In this document: one piece after another, positions 41,255-54,948 of the stretch
Position numbering within the stretch: position 1 is the stretch's first letter
How the letters are laid out: each line of letters begins with the position of its first letter
Assembly (NCBI GenBank): GCA_907165135.1
Contig: OU015568.1
Span: 15,759,208-15,823,207, forward strand
Direction of reading: 5' to 3'
From: Oikopleura dioica
Taxonomy: Eukaryota; Animalia; Chordata
DNA length: 64,000 nucleotides
Position numbers and translations under genes: made by a program
The notes under the pieces: model-generated
Database searches by the model: none
What the model saw: only the letters and a program-made list of their open reading frames with translations
What the model was told of the DNA's origin: nothing

Positions 41255-41560
41255 ATGGACGAAGTCGAACCAACTCAGCTTCCAACAACAGCTTCGCCGA
41301 AAACAGAAATCAACAACCAAAAGAATCAAACAATAACTGATCATTTCTTTGCCTTCCTCGACATTTGCGTTTCTGAAGTTGAGCTTTACTGGTATCAAGC
41401 AGGAACACAGGACAAATTACTGACGATCCAACTTGTTGCTTTGTTTATCATCTCTCTCGCTACAATCATTATTTGGAAGCGGACAAAGCCAAAGCTCATT
41501 GAATTTCAAGGATTTCAACAGATTGAGCGGAACACTGCTGCCAACAAAAAACAGAACTAA
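41255..41560 (+). CDS. Small single-pass membrane protein (~101 aa), unknown
   Basis: MDEVEPTQLPTTASP..., one hydrophobic segment LLTIQLVALFIISLATIIIW followed by KRTKPK. Confidence 0.55.
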   Translation: MDEVEPTQLPTTASPKTEINNQKNQTITDHFFAFLDICVSEVELYWYQAGTQDKLLTIQLVALFIISLATIIIWKRTKPKLIEFQGFQQIERNTAANKKQN

Positions 41561-41562
41561 AG

Positions 41563-44500
41563 ATGCCACGACGCGTGCCCAATGAAGGTTTGCGATCCGG
41601 ATTTTTAGCATTTCTTCAATTTTTATAGTCATCGTCGAGCTTCAAAAGCAAACAGAGAGTGTCCGAAATGTTTCAATCGTTGCCCATGTTGACCATGGAA
41701 AGACGACTCTGGCTGATGGCCTAATTTCCTCAAACGGAATCATTTCTTCCCGCTCCATCACCGATCAGATGCGATACCTAGACTCACGTGAGGATGAACA
41801 GCTGCGTGGAATCACGATGAAGTCGTCAGTCATCTCCCTTCACCACAAAAACTCAGCTGGTGACTACTTGGTGAACTTGATCGACTCTCCTGGCCATATT
41901 GACTTCTCTTCCGAAGTTTCCACTGCTGTCCGTCTATCAGATGGCTGCCTCGTGGTCGTCGATGTGGTAGAAGGTGTTTGCCCGCAAACAAAAGCTGTAC
42001 TGAGGCAGGCTTGGTTGGAGCGGCTCAAGCCCGTTTTGGTTCTCAACAAAATCGATCGACTAATTTTGGAAAAGAAACTAACAATGTTGGAAGCATACCA
42101 AAGATTGAATCAGGTTCTTGAGCAAGCAAACGCAGCTGTGGCTCTGTTATTCTCCGCTGAAGTGATGCAGGAGAATTCAAGAGAACGAGAAAACGCTGAA
42201 AAAGATTCAGCTGAAGACATAGAGGACAACTGGACAACGGGAATCGGAGTCATTGATGATTCAAAGCTGTACTTTGCTCCAGAAAGTGGTAATGTCGTCT
42301 TTGGAGCGGCTTTTCATTCATGGGGCTTTACAATTGACTATTTTGCCGACATTTACGCAAAGAAACTTGGCGCTAGGAAAAATGTCCTCAAGCGCGCGTT
42401 GTGGGGCGATTACTACATCAATATGAAACAGAAGAAGATTGCAAAAGGAGCGCTAGAAAAAGGAAAAGACCCCGCATTTTGTACATATATACTCAAATAC
42501 TTCTACGAGATTTACAACCTGGTTGCTGATAAGAATAAAGAAAAATGTATGGCATTTGCTCAACAGCTCAAAATCAAAATTTATCCACGAGAGGAAAAGT
42601 CAATCATGACGTCGCCGGATTCATTTCTAACAACTCTTCTTGGTCAATGGTTGCCTATCAGTAATGCAGCTTTAGACGCTATCATTCAGCATGTTCCAAG
42701 GTTTTTACCGACTTTTAGCATCTAATTCAACCCGATACTTTTAGTCCAAAACGTCTTCCAGCTGATAGAATTGAAAAATTACTTCGTTCTGATCAATCTC
42801 CTCCCGACGAAATTGTCAAAGCGTTTTCTCAGTGCGACAGGGATTCTGACGTCAAAGTTTGTTTCATTTCAAAGATGATTGCTGTGCCTAAAACTGAGCT
42901 TCCTCAAAATCGAAGGGGTCCGCTTACAATGGAAGAAATCCGTTCTCGCCGAGCAGCTGCAGAGGAAGCTGCACGGAAAACACTAGCCATTACGGAAGAT
43001 GAGGTTAAGGACTCTTCTGTGGAAAGGTCAGCGAGCTCGGAAGAGTCGCATGTGTTCATCGCGATCGGACGAGTTTTCAGTGGCAGTCTGCGTAAAGGTG
43101 ATGTGGTATTTGGTCTGGGAGCAAAGCATCGTGTAGGAGACTCAACTTACTCGGAGGAAATAACCATCGGAGAGCTCTATCTCGTCATGGGTAGAGATTT
43201 GGTGTCTATCGACGTAGCTCCGGCTGGATCCTTAATTGGAATCGGAGGAATCAAGGAATCCTCGAATATGATCATCAATACTGGAACGCTCTCAAGCACC
43301 TTGAACTGCCCTTCATTCGCACCTGTTTACATGGAAGCTGTGCCGATCCTTCGTGTTGCCGTGGAGCCCGAAGACCTTATGGACATGGAAAAGCTTCGAG
43401 AAGGTATGAGGCTTTTGAATGTTGCTGATCCATGCGTCGAAATTATGGACACAGCGACAGGAGAGCTCGTGCTTGGAGCTTGCGGTGAGGTGCACCTTGA
43501 AAAATGCCTTGACGACCTCGAGAAAATTTACTCAAAGATCAAAGTTGTTAGATCTGCGCCGATCGTTCCGTTCAGAGAAACTCTTATTGAGCCTCCAAAG
43601 GTGGATGAGCTGGGGGAAAACTTCGGTCAGCAACAGAAAAACTTTATGAAGAAGTTTCTCGAAATGGAAAGCCGTGGTCAAAAATTGGAGGATGACGAAA
43701 ATGACAGGGAGGAGATAGATCAAGCTTCCGGCTCCGTCTCTCTATATACTATCAATCGACAGGCGCGGATTAAAGTCCAAGCTTTTCCACTGCCTTCAGC
43801 TGTCCGCATTTACTTAGAAGAGAAATCAGACGATATACGATCGATTGTCCTTGGAAAGTCCTCCTTAGATGAAGTGGAGAAGTTACGCTCAAATTTGATG
43901 GGTGCTTTTCACAAAGCTGGGTTTGCGAAATCCTCGGCAACTGTCGATCAAATTATTGCATTTGGCCCCGAAGGATTTGGACCTAATATCTTGCTGAATA
44001 TGGTCGAGGTATGCTCTTGAATGTTAAGACACTAATACTTTCTTTTTTAATTAGGGGTATGAAGATAGGTCAAATTTTTGGAGCGAGAAGCAGCAAAATA
44101 TCAAAAGCTTAGATCAACAGCTCATTTCAGGATTTCAAGTCGTTGCTAGTTCTGGACCGATGATGGAGGAGCCCATGGCGGGTGTTGGTTTCAGGTGTGA
44201 TTCTCTTTTTCCTACACCTTGAGTAAGGCGGATATTAAGACTGCTCGAATGGGAAGTTTTCCAAGACGATAATTTCGACATCACCCTCACATCTGGGCAG
44301 CTTATGAGCACTGTAAAAGAAGCCTGTAGAAAATCTTTCTCAATCTTGCACAAGCGACTTCTCGCTGCGATGTACACGTGCGAGATTCAAGCATCGTCGG
44401 AAGTCCTGGGAAAAGTGTATGGAGTCATTGGAAAGCGCGATGGAAAGATTCTGGAAGAGGATATGGTCGAAGGAGCGGACTTGTTCAACATCAAAGCGGC

Positions 44501-44870
44501 TATTCCTGTCATTGAATCGTTCGGATTTGCTGATGAAATAAGAAAGGTAAGAATTTTTTTGATTGGGCGAGGTTAAGAAAGATTTCTTTAGAAAACATCT
44601 GGCTTAGCGTCGCCTCAGCTTCGTTTTAGCCACTGGAGCGAGGTCGAAGGGGATCCTTGGTGGGTGCCTACAACCGAAGAAGAAATTCAGGTCCGTTCAC
44701 GAGTTTTTTTGCCTATAAAAACAAGAGTTCAGCACTATGGTGAGAAGGCAGACTACGAATCAACAGCGAAGAAATACATGAATCTGATAAGAAAGCGCAA
44801 GGGTCTTTGGATCGAGCAAAAAGTAGTTGAACACGCTGAGAAACAGCGAACGATAACGAAGAATAAGTAA
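41563..44870 (+). CDS. EFL1: Elongation factor-like GTPase 1 (ribosome maturation)
   Basis: [76 protein letters not shown]-terminal [22 protein letters not shown]. Confidence 0.95.
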
Positions 44871-44989
44871 TGGAAAATGTGCTAAAATAGTTATTCTGAA
44901 TAGTTCAAATCAACTTCAAATGCTGCTTTAAAACTTCTAGCTTCTCAAGATTCTTGATTCAGATGAAATAAGACTTCCGAACTCGAAAC

Positions 44990-47900
44990 ATGCCTCAGTT
45001 CTTTTGTATTTTCTCCGATACGCTCGTTCGCGAGCAACCCTCAGACGAGGAGTACTTCGAAAGTGTCACTTTTCAATTTCCAATCAGCCTTCAAGCGTTG
45101 AAGATTTGTGCTTTTGGTGCTCCTGTTCCTGGAAATTCTGAGATTCGCTCGGCAACAGAGCCTCCAAACTTCAAGTTTGAAATTTTCGCTGTTGATACAA
45201 AAAATGAAGAAGCAGCGCTTCTCGTGCCGGTCGGCAACGGATCTTACCATTCCGCCAGCGATTCTACCGATTTCCACTTGAAGCCCATCATGACTAACCA
45301 AATCCTAATCCGGGGGAATTACACCTCTATATCTTTGGCAATCTACGGAAACTCATCGAAGTTCAAGCCGAAAGAAGAAGTAAAAGAAGAAAAGATGTCT
45401 TCCCATAGATCACGAGATGACCGGGATAGAGGTAGCTCAGATAACGACGACGATAGATACGACGAGTGGGCTTATGTGAAGCATGTGCGAGACTCCCACC
45501 AAGATAAGATTTATCCCATCACGCTGGATTCAGACTTGCCTCTTTCTGATTCCGATGAGGAACAAGAGCCTAGAATGGCCCTCCCACTAGCGGCCCCGAC
45601 TCTGCCACAAGCAATCGCTGCACAGGGCAATCCTGGAGAAGTGAAATCGGAAGAGCTTGATCCTGAAGTCAAAGCTGAAATGGAGAGAGCACCACCGGTG
45701 AGCTCGAGACTATCGCCGACAGAACTTCCTCAAGGCAGGGTAGACAGACGTCTTTTGCAATTAGTTATTGAGCATAAAAACTAGATGAAACAGGTTATGA
45801 TAGAAGATCTTCGAACATTTGTAGGAATTTTCCGATTAACGTAATCGGATAGCGAATTACAGACGTCTTCATACCGTAAAATCGATTGAGACAGCGTCTT
45901 TCTCCCTTTAAAAGCATCGCCCAAGACACTTCTTCCGATTCATCTACTGTCAGAAAAGAACGAGGATGTTTCCGCCGAAGAAATTCAAAAGTCAAACGAG
46001 CCCTCTCTCGCTCGATTGATCGCAATCATCAAGGAGCTAAAGCCTGATTCAGAGACGGTCCGGAAAGTCTCACTTCTTGAAGAATCATGCGAATCCGTGC
46101 CGACTTGGCTTTCCGCTGTAGATGACACTTCGGCTATCAAGTTTGTCAATGAAGTATCGAGCACGCTCCGAAGCCATTTTACAAACATGGAACTGCCACC
46201 GGCAGCTACCGTTCGACTATTGAAAGCTGGACTTCGACTGGTTACGCTTATTGCCGCCGTCAGTGAGCGCTTTGCGAAAAGACTCCTCTCTATCGGAGTT
46301 CTGCAACGATTAATTTACCTCTTGACTTTGAAGGACTTCGCATCGCCGATGCAGCTCATGACACTCAGTGCAATTGATCAGTTAATTTCATGGCCTTTTG
46401 GAATGCACGCCTTCCTGAAGTTTTCTTTATGTCAAGAGTTGAGAGGTTCCGGTTATGAGCACATCGTTCGTCTCATTCTTCGAAAGCCAACAGTCCGAGT
46501 ATCGTACGCTTGTGGTCAGATTCTAACGAAAGTCGACGTCTATCGTTCTGCCTTTGAGCTCAAGAACTTGATGAAGGAACTCATGAAGACATCGCCCTTC
46601 GCCGACATGAACATCGATGAGGATACATCAGTGCCTAAACGAAGAGATGACGCCGAGAATGTGGATTCAGATACCGAAGACCAAGGTGAAAAAATGGAAG
46701 AGTCAGCTGCTGATCCAGAACTTTTCAACTGCGATATGGAACATATCATTCCATACGACTCAATTCTTGCGACGAAGGAAACATGTACGAGAATCGTCGA
46801 GCTTATTGAGGATATTGTCAAGATCATCAAAGATCCATCTGTTGTCACTCTTCTTGCAATAAAAGAGCTTCCCAATGGCAGTACCAAGACTCTTTCAAAT
46901 AAGGGCAGAGTTTTCATCTCTCGGCTTCTTGATAGTGTTGGAATCGTGAAGATCTGTCTCGGGCTACTCCATTTTCCATATTTATCGCAACACATTCATG
47001 TTTACGCCGCCCTGGCAAGTCTTTTGAGAGAGCTCACAACGTCAAAAGAAGGCGTTCTCCTTTTCGCAGCTGATTTTAAATCGTCTAATCTTCTTGTCCA
47101 AGCTCTACTCGCATCTGGCACAAGTCCGGATTCAGATGCCCATCGGTGCTCGTTTATTGAGCCGGTGTATTTAGCGATGACACTTGCGACGAGTTTACAA
47201 ACAGTCGGATTCTTGGACGAATTAGTTAATCCTGCCCCTGAAAAATGGTCTCAAAAATACTGGAGTCCTCTACAAGGAGTAATGGCTATATTTTCTGGCT
47301 CAGACTACCTTTCCGAGCAAGCGGCAAACATCTGCGCGGATCACTGCAAACTTATACTGAATGTGATGAAGACGAATGGCCCAGCAAGTATTCAAGCTGC
47401 TGAACTTTTACACAGCGCGCTTGAGAACTCCTCTAATGTCTCGTGGCTTGAACCGTACCTGACAGAATTAAACCTAATTATGGAAAGCGACAATCAGATA
47501 TTGGACGTGTTCAACAAAGTCTTCACTGGTCAAGTGCAATTCACGACCAAAAACGCTCTTGTAAACATACGTCGACTAGCGGAAGCGTTGGAATTCGGGG
47601 TCTCAATTGAAATCATTCACGGGCCGTCAATGTCGTTTTACGTTCGAATGTTGGAATCATTACTTGACAGCGATCAATCTATCATGATCGGAATCAGCAA
47701 CAACATCATCGATGTTTTGACGGCTACTCTCGAATCTATCTCCAAATGTATCACTTTCAATTGCATCGCGAATCAACCATTGCCTCTAAAGAGTCATATT
47801 CAAGCGAAACAAATTATCATGTCAGCCCTTCGATCTACGAAAAAAGTGTTGATGACAATTACAAACGCGGGCTTCAGCTATCCGGAAAAGAAGCTCTGCT

Positions 47901-50449
47901 CGAATGTGGTCGAAATATTCGCGAAATGCTGGACACTTATCAACTATGGAAGTGATTTAATAGAAGACCAGTGTGAGTTGACTTGCGATGTGCTCGAAGA
48001 GTTCTTAAAAAATCCGGAAAAAGCTACAGATCTGAACTCCTCCTCTTGGTACGTTCTTCTCAGCTCCGTGTCAGAAGTACTTATGCAGAATCCTGCCTAT
48101 TCTATACCGGCGATGACTCTCTTCCAGCGAATTCTCCCATGCTCCCCTGAAGATCCATATTTGAAGATTTGGCGCGTGATAATGGAACAAGATTTTGTCC
48201 TTACGGAGAACATTCTTGAGTTCTTGTATGCGTTTGCGCACTCTGGCCATGTCGAAATTTCAGAACTCGCGACGAATGTTCTTCTTAGAGTTAGTTTGAT
48301 AAAAAGTGAAATTATTAGGTAAAAACTATCCTCGACTGCGATTAATATGAATTCAGTGATCTCTCATCAAAAATAAGGCAGAAATTCGCCCCAATTAGTA
48401 CTCATGAAAATGGAGAATCGAAACCAACAACGGAAAAGGCAAAGGATGATAAATTCAGCGAGCTTTGGAATTGGCGCAGATCAGCCAAGCTACTCGAAAA
48501 TATTGTCCAGCCGAAGACGTATTCCGCTGAGGAGACAAATGCGCTCATCGACTCAAGGTAAATTTCCTCTATCTTAGGGAAAATTTTCCATGATTCTCAC
48601 TTTATCTTTAGCGTAAATTTAAGTTTATATTTTACTTTTTACATAAGTTTTCTGACAAACCAGGATCATTGACGACGATTTAGATCCTTTAAAAATTGAA
48701 ACTTTCCATAGCAAAGTATTTTCAGCCTCATGGCAATAACGAAAGCTGCCATCGATTGCCACAGTGAGCATGATAACTCGCCAACCTCCTCAATCGTTGG
48801 ACTTTTCTTCACCCTTGCTGAAACTGGCCATTTGACAAATACTGAGTATATTTCCATACTAACGACTGGCTGCGACCTGATAGGTAAAAAGTTTACAATA
48901 GGTATGTCTGGTGTCCACGCTTCTCATTTCTCGGTGGCTTCTAAGCTTGGATAACCAGGCTTATTTTTCCGTTAATCGAGTCTCGGGTATTAATGGTTTT
49001 CTAGCGCAAAAGCGACCAATGTCAATGGGAATGATGTCGTGCTTGATGGAGTTGATTATCCTCGCAGGACGCCGAGGAAATCTTGAAGTCAAGAAACTGC
49101 TCCGGGAAAAAGTCCAACGCTCTCAATTGAAGCAGTTCTTGAGCTCGTATTTTGGACACATCGCCCGAGTGGGAAAACAAGTGCTCGACGCAGACATTTT
49201 CATTCTATATAATTTTATTCGGATGATTGTCTCGTCTCTTGAGAAAACCGACCTGACGCCAATTTTCCAGGGCCCGGACTCGCCATTCAAAGGTGACGAA
49301 ATCCTTACTCAGGTTGACCTGGATTAAAAATTAATTTCTTCAGGATTCATGAAAAGCTGGGCGAAAATTTCGACAGAAATCGATGAATCCGAGCGCGCCA
49401 AGATTGAAGAGGTCGATCAGTTTTTCACGACGCTGACGAATCCATTCTTCTTTGAAATCGATTCTCCGCCTATCAAAGACGATTCGGACGAGTTTGAGAG
49501 CTATTCCAATACTGTCGACTTTACTGGCGATCTTATTTACAAGCCAATTTTGTCCGAAGATGTATCCGCTGAAGAGTGAGCCAAATTCTTTCGTTTGATA
49601 AATAACTATTTTTCCAAGATTTCTTCTTTCAAATATCGACTTGCTGGAAATTTCCCGGGAACTGACAAATATCAAACTAGAAGAAGAAATCGAGAAACTA
49701 CTGATTGAGCCCGAGATTACATGTATCACCGAGGAGGACCAGAAACAAGAGACATTTTCAACACGAATTGGCCGTAGCATGACTCTCCAGCGTCGAAATG
49801 AACAAGAAAAGTAAGTGGCAGATCTACATGCTTATCTTATTCAATTTCCCAGACGACGAGCAAGAGCTGCTGCACGACCAGGACAGAGCATGAGAAGACC
49901 AGGAAGACCATCTGCGATGCATATTGACGATTTCAATAAAGAAGAAAGCGACAGTGATAATGGTAAGTTGATAAAACGAATTTTTCTAAAATCCAATAAA
50001 GATCGCGGTCGTCATTATTCTGGCGGCGGCGGTGGCGGAGAAGGATACCGTGGAGACGCCTACCGCAGTGACCGAGGTGATAGAGATAGGGACCGTTCTC
50101 TCTCTCCAAGGTAAGAAAGAGCCGAACGAGAATAGAATGAAGTCATATAAATAGATATCGCGACCCTCGTGACCGTGGCGATCACCAAGGAGGGTACCGT
50201 GGAGGCGACCGTGATCGCGACAGAACGAGAAGCCCACCTGGACGCCGTGGTCCACCCGATTACGACAGGCCAGATGGCGACAGCCGTGGACCGCCTAGAA
50301 GAGGTGGATACAGAGGGGGCTATCGAGGCCCGCCTCGTGATCGGGACAGTCATCACGCCTATTCCGGAGTCTACAGAGGATCACCAGGTGGACGAGGTCG
50401 AGGGCGCAGCTTCCGTGGCTCGAGTGACAGAGGCCGTGGCAGATTTTAG
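44990..50449 (+). CDS. VIRMA: Protein virilizer homolog (m6A methyltransferase complex)
   Basis: VIR_N-like TNQILIRGNYTSISLAIYG, long ARM-like body, RPSAMHIDDF and RG-rich C-terminus. Confidence 0.85.
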
Positions 50450-50630
50450 ATCAATTTCCTTCATTGAATTTAGTTCATTCTTTACTACTTGTGATCTCTA
50501 TGCTTAAACTGACCTAAATAACTTCTTTCTCAACTGATCTTTCCCCATGCTTAAAAACTGCTCTAAATCCAGACCACTGCTTATTAAAAATTACAAAAAA
50601 ATTGAAGCAAATCTCCTTTAGAAATTCTAA

Positions 50631-51018
50631 ATGGATTCAAGTGCTAATGATCCAGCAGCACAGGGATATTCCTACGAGGCTGATCGTCCTGAAAGGTGCA
50701 CTATTTAATCTTTAAGCTCATTTTAGGGAATATTAAGCTACGACGATGGCGAGGAACTATCAACAGAAGATATTCATCGTCTCCTGGCTGCATTTATCAT
50801 TTGTGTCATCGCTACTCTCGCTCATAAAGGTACCAAATACCCGAATTCTATCAACCACTACTTATTCTCCAGGCGACATCTTTTGGACATTGATGTTTTT
50901 CTTCTCAATCCTTCTCTGCGGAATCTGGTGGGCTTCTGACAAAACTGACAATCTGTACCAGTCTTTCACGAAGAAACCAACTTTGAGCCAGCGATATCAG
51001 TTTCACGACGAGTTCTAG
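50631..51018 (+). CDS. Possible small 2-TM membrane protein
   Basis: Exons encoding HRLLAAFIICVIATLAHK|GDIFWTLMFFFSILLCGIWW joined by a GT-AG intron; first exon phase unresolved. Confidence 0.4.
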
Positions 51019-51785
51019 CAGACTGTACTTCACTCTCTCATTATCCAAATATGCCTTCAGCCTCAGTTTTCTCGATTCACAATTGTACCTATCAAATTTT
51101 TACTTCTCATTCTTGCCTGTCGTCCTTCAATCTTGCCGTTTTTCTTACCTACGAATTCGTCTCTTTGGAATATATTGAGTTTTCTTATATATTTGAAACA
51201 CTCATTTTAAACGATCATGAGTGTAATGTTACTCCTTCTTTTTCCGCAATTGAAAGCATTTTGTCAAATTGGAATGAATAGGATAACATTTGCGGTAAGC
51301 AGCCCAAAACAAGCTTTTTCTTTGGATTACTCCCTTGAAGCGCAATTGAGCCTCATTTGAGGTTTTCTTTTTCCCAGTTTCTTACGAGAAAAAAGTGCAT
51401 ATAAGGAACATAAGTGCCAAATATTAAGAAAGATAGTACTGTATTATCAAACATTATTGACAGTCTGGCCGACCATCAATTATTTTCGGGAAATTTCTTG
51501 CCGTTGAAAGCTCCAACGAAATCGCATCCCCACGAAAAGCATCCTTGATATTGTATATCCTCATCAGATGAGCCCGTCGAATAACTCAAATCATCGTATT
51601 GACTAACAAAATTTCACGAGATCATTTTTGTTAGCGAACATTCCAGAGCGCATGAGTATAAATATTAGTCACGTAATCACAGCAGCAGCACCACCACCAC
51701 CACTGATATATAAACTGGGGAGAAAGGATGGGCCGTCTAAACATTGTGAGATAGAAAACAGTTCAATTACAGCTATATTTTAAAC

Positions 51786-53446
51786 ATGCCTTGCGTAGAA
51801 AAACAACATCAGAGAGCAGAGAAATCAAAATACAGATTCGTTATCCTCACATTGGTCTGGCTCATTTCGTTCGTCACATCATTTCAATATGTTGAATACG
51901 TCAATCTTCCAGAGTCAGTTCTTGAGTACTTCCAAATTTCACATACAGAGATTTCGTGGACGATAACGATAATGAACGCTGTTTTTCTTGCGCTGGTTTT
52001 TGCTGTTATTGCGCTGTTGGAGAAAATAAGCCTGAGAAATGGCATTATTCTCTGCACAAGTTTTATCTTTATTGGCTCGATCTTCAAGTGCCTAGGAATG
52101 TTTACTAGAATTGTTGCTTGATTTCTTTTAAATTTACTCAATTCTGAAAACAAAATCAAGTCTCTCGTCGATTCTTCTGGGCTCAAATCGTCGGTCAAGG
52201 ATTTGTCGGTGTCGCAAATATACTTGTCACAATCATCCCACCAAGAGTAGCAGCAGTTTGGTTTGCTGAAGATGAGCTATCAAGATCCATTGCTGCTCTT
52301 CTCAGTGCTCAAGTGATCGGAAACGCGCTTGGGCTTCTCATTCCAAATTTAACCATTAAGGCAAGGCTTTGCTACATTCCCTTGCGGAAACGCCGAGCAA
52401 ACCGCATTAGGGGAATAAGACTCGATCTATTTGAGCCGGATCTCTATCCTATGTGAATATTTTAAAGTATGAAAGTGACGAAAGCCTTCGACAAGTCACA
52501 CATAACGTTAGAAGAGGAAGAAACACACGAGGAATTCTTGCACGAGCATGGAATCACAAGGATCTGTACGCAATTTGAAAGCAACATGCGCTTGTTCTTC
52601 GTCTCACACGCCGTTATCGCCCTCATTTTGCTTTTTCTTACAGTTATCTTCTTCAAGAACAAGTCGTCTTACAAGCAAGCGGATGAAGAAGTTGCCAAAG
52701 AAGAGGACAAGACAATATTCAACTGGAAGAGTTACACAACTTTATTTAGCAACAGAAACTTCGTTCTTGTCATTTTTGTTTACGGAATATCAGTTGGCGT
52801 CATTATCTCAACAGCAGCTCTCTTCCGTCCGATTTTAGAGGAAGTGCTGAACAGACTATCAGAGGGTGCTGAACTGACCAGTCTGATATCTCAACTCGGA
52901 TTCACTCGCACTATCCCAGGCTTTTTCGGCGTTCTCGCTTTAGGAGCCTTTCTCGACTCTTATCCCTACTTCAAAGCTTCGCTCAGTACAGTAATATTTC
53001 TACTGTCAGCCTGCCTTTCTAGCGTTTTCCTTGCATCACTGTTCTCTCCCAATGTATTCATTGTCTATCTTACAGTAGGAATCTATGGCTTCTTTGCCAT
53101 GATGGTCTTTCCTCTTGGGTTTCGATTTGGCGCTCACCTAAGTAAAGGAGTGCCAGAAACGACCATGGCTGGGGTTCTCTCAATTTCCAACCAGTTATTT
53201 GGCCTTATTTTTGTCCAAATCAAGACCTATATTATCGAGTACTTTTACAAGAGATCAAAACATGTAGAAACATCAAGAGGAGTTATGATAGCTTTAGTTT
53301 CCCTCAGCATTTTCGCATTTTTACTTTCTCTATTTATCAAAGAGAACAAAAAACAAGGTGACTTTCCTCAAGAAATCTCTCGGAGAAGTTCTGAGTCAAC
53401 AAATATATCTGGACCAACTGTGTCTAGTGTCTGTGAAAGTGTTTAA
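51786..53446 (+). CDS. MFS transporter, FLVCR/SLC49-like
   Basis: Multiple TM helices; KYRFVIL, WAQIVGQG, RVAAVWFAEDE, GAFLD, PLGFRFGAHLSKGVPE; introns GA-AG (52096-52160) and GC-AG. Confidence 0.8.
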
Positions 53447-53536
53447 CCGTTTCTTGTTTGAAAAACATTTGTTAATAAAAAGAAACAATTTTATTTCTCC
53501 GTCATAGTTTTCACTCAGGAGTCAGCTCAATTTTTC

Positions 53537-54296
53537 TCAAATAAGGAGCATGAGAATAGCAGTCAGTGATGCGATCAAGGAAGAGGATAGAGTAAAGGCA
53601 GAGGAATACGTGATCAAATTTCGGTTGCATTTATCGCCTTGGCAGCAGCTTGTACACGCGAAAAAGTCAAGTTCTGGCACCTCACCTCCTTCGGATGCGG
53701 GATCGTAATGGCCAACGCAATACTGTAAGAGTAAGAAATAATTATTTTTAAATATTAACCCAGGTTAATCTCTAAGCTCTTAATCAACTTACTTCCTCGC
53801 ATGTGCGGGTACACCCGCGTTTATACTTTTCCTCTCCGTCCGAGGAGATGAGAACTGTGGAACAGCTGAATCCTGGTGGGCAAGTCACGGTCGGACTAGC
53901 ATCTGTCTGATTTCCGCCACAAGTGCCATCGTCTAGCTCACAGGAAAAGCACTCTTAATTCCGGTTTAGCCTCCTGAATAACTTGGGCATATTATATGCC
54001 GCATATATCATAATGAATCGACTGTATCGGAAATTTGATGGATAAGCGGCCTACTATCTATAGGCCGGCTTTTCTAAATTTACGACAAGTCAATGTCATA
54101 GTATGTATCTAGTCTTGAAATAATCATCACCGGCAAAAATAGCTCAAAACTCACGGAATCTTCAATATACGATATATAACTCACCAAATTGGGGCTCCGG
54201 CTCTCCTTCCGGTTCTGGAGCTTGATCCTCCCCGACATCATCCTGCGCAAAGGCACTGGCGAAAAATATAAACACCGGAATTTGTAAAATCTTCAT
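53537..54296 (-). CDS. GPI-anchored Ly6/uPAR (three-finger) protein
   Basis: Signal peptide MKILQIPVFIFFASAFA; CFSC...C...C...RGC...C...CTSCCQGDKCN; hydrophobic C-terminal tail. Confidence 0.8.
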
Positions 54297-54948
54297 GCCG
54301 GTCCGCAAATTTCTTATATGAAGATTTATACTCGCGCAAAGAGCTTTTGTACTAGCTCAAGTTGTTTTCGGCAAATACTTGAGCGCGTCCAGTTGTGTCC
54401 AGAGTGGCCACACTTTCGCGTGACCAAAAACGGAATTCATCACCCTCAAGAGTGTCCGGAATGTCATCAGACAATGGAGCATCTTTTGTCCTAAGTATTG
54501 TGTAAGTACGAATTCGAAACAGTAGATTCGCAATAAATTTATCCGTATGGAGATTCTCTTCCTTGATTGCAATAATGAATCCACCTGTTTTTACAGTCAT
54601 ATAATCTTATATATATTTAATATTTAGATATGATATCCTAGTAGAGTTTTTCTAGCATATTCGAAATAAAATTTGTCAAGCTGAAACACTCAAATATTCA
54701 AAAATATTGACGAAGAAGTTGTTTAGTTTTCACATCGTTTTTTGCAGTCTACCATTCGCAGAATAGAATAAAGACGAAGTTCAATTCCCGTCTGACCTAA
54801 ATGATGAAGGGGAGTGTGAACTTAATATTCTTTGTTTTTACAAAAGCGCAAAATTTATCGCCAGAGAATTGCGGGCATTCTGCCTCTTGCTTTTCGACTA
54901 CTTCAGGTTTTTAGTGCTGACTTTGTGATAAACTTAAAAATTGTCATA

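Noticed and set aside
50169-50507. ORF MTVAITKEG...
   Set aside because: Alternate frame of the RG-rich last exon of VIRMA.
54352-54600. 82-aa ORF upstream of the Ly6 gene
   Set aside because: No recognisable motif; cannot be supported without expression data.
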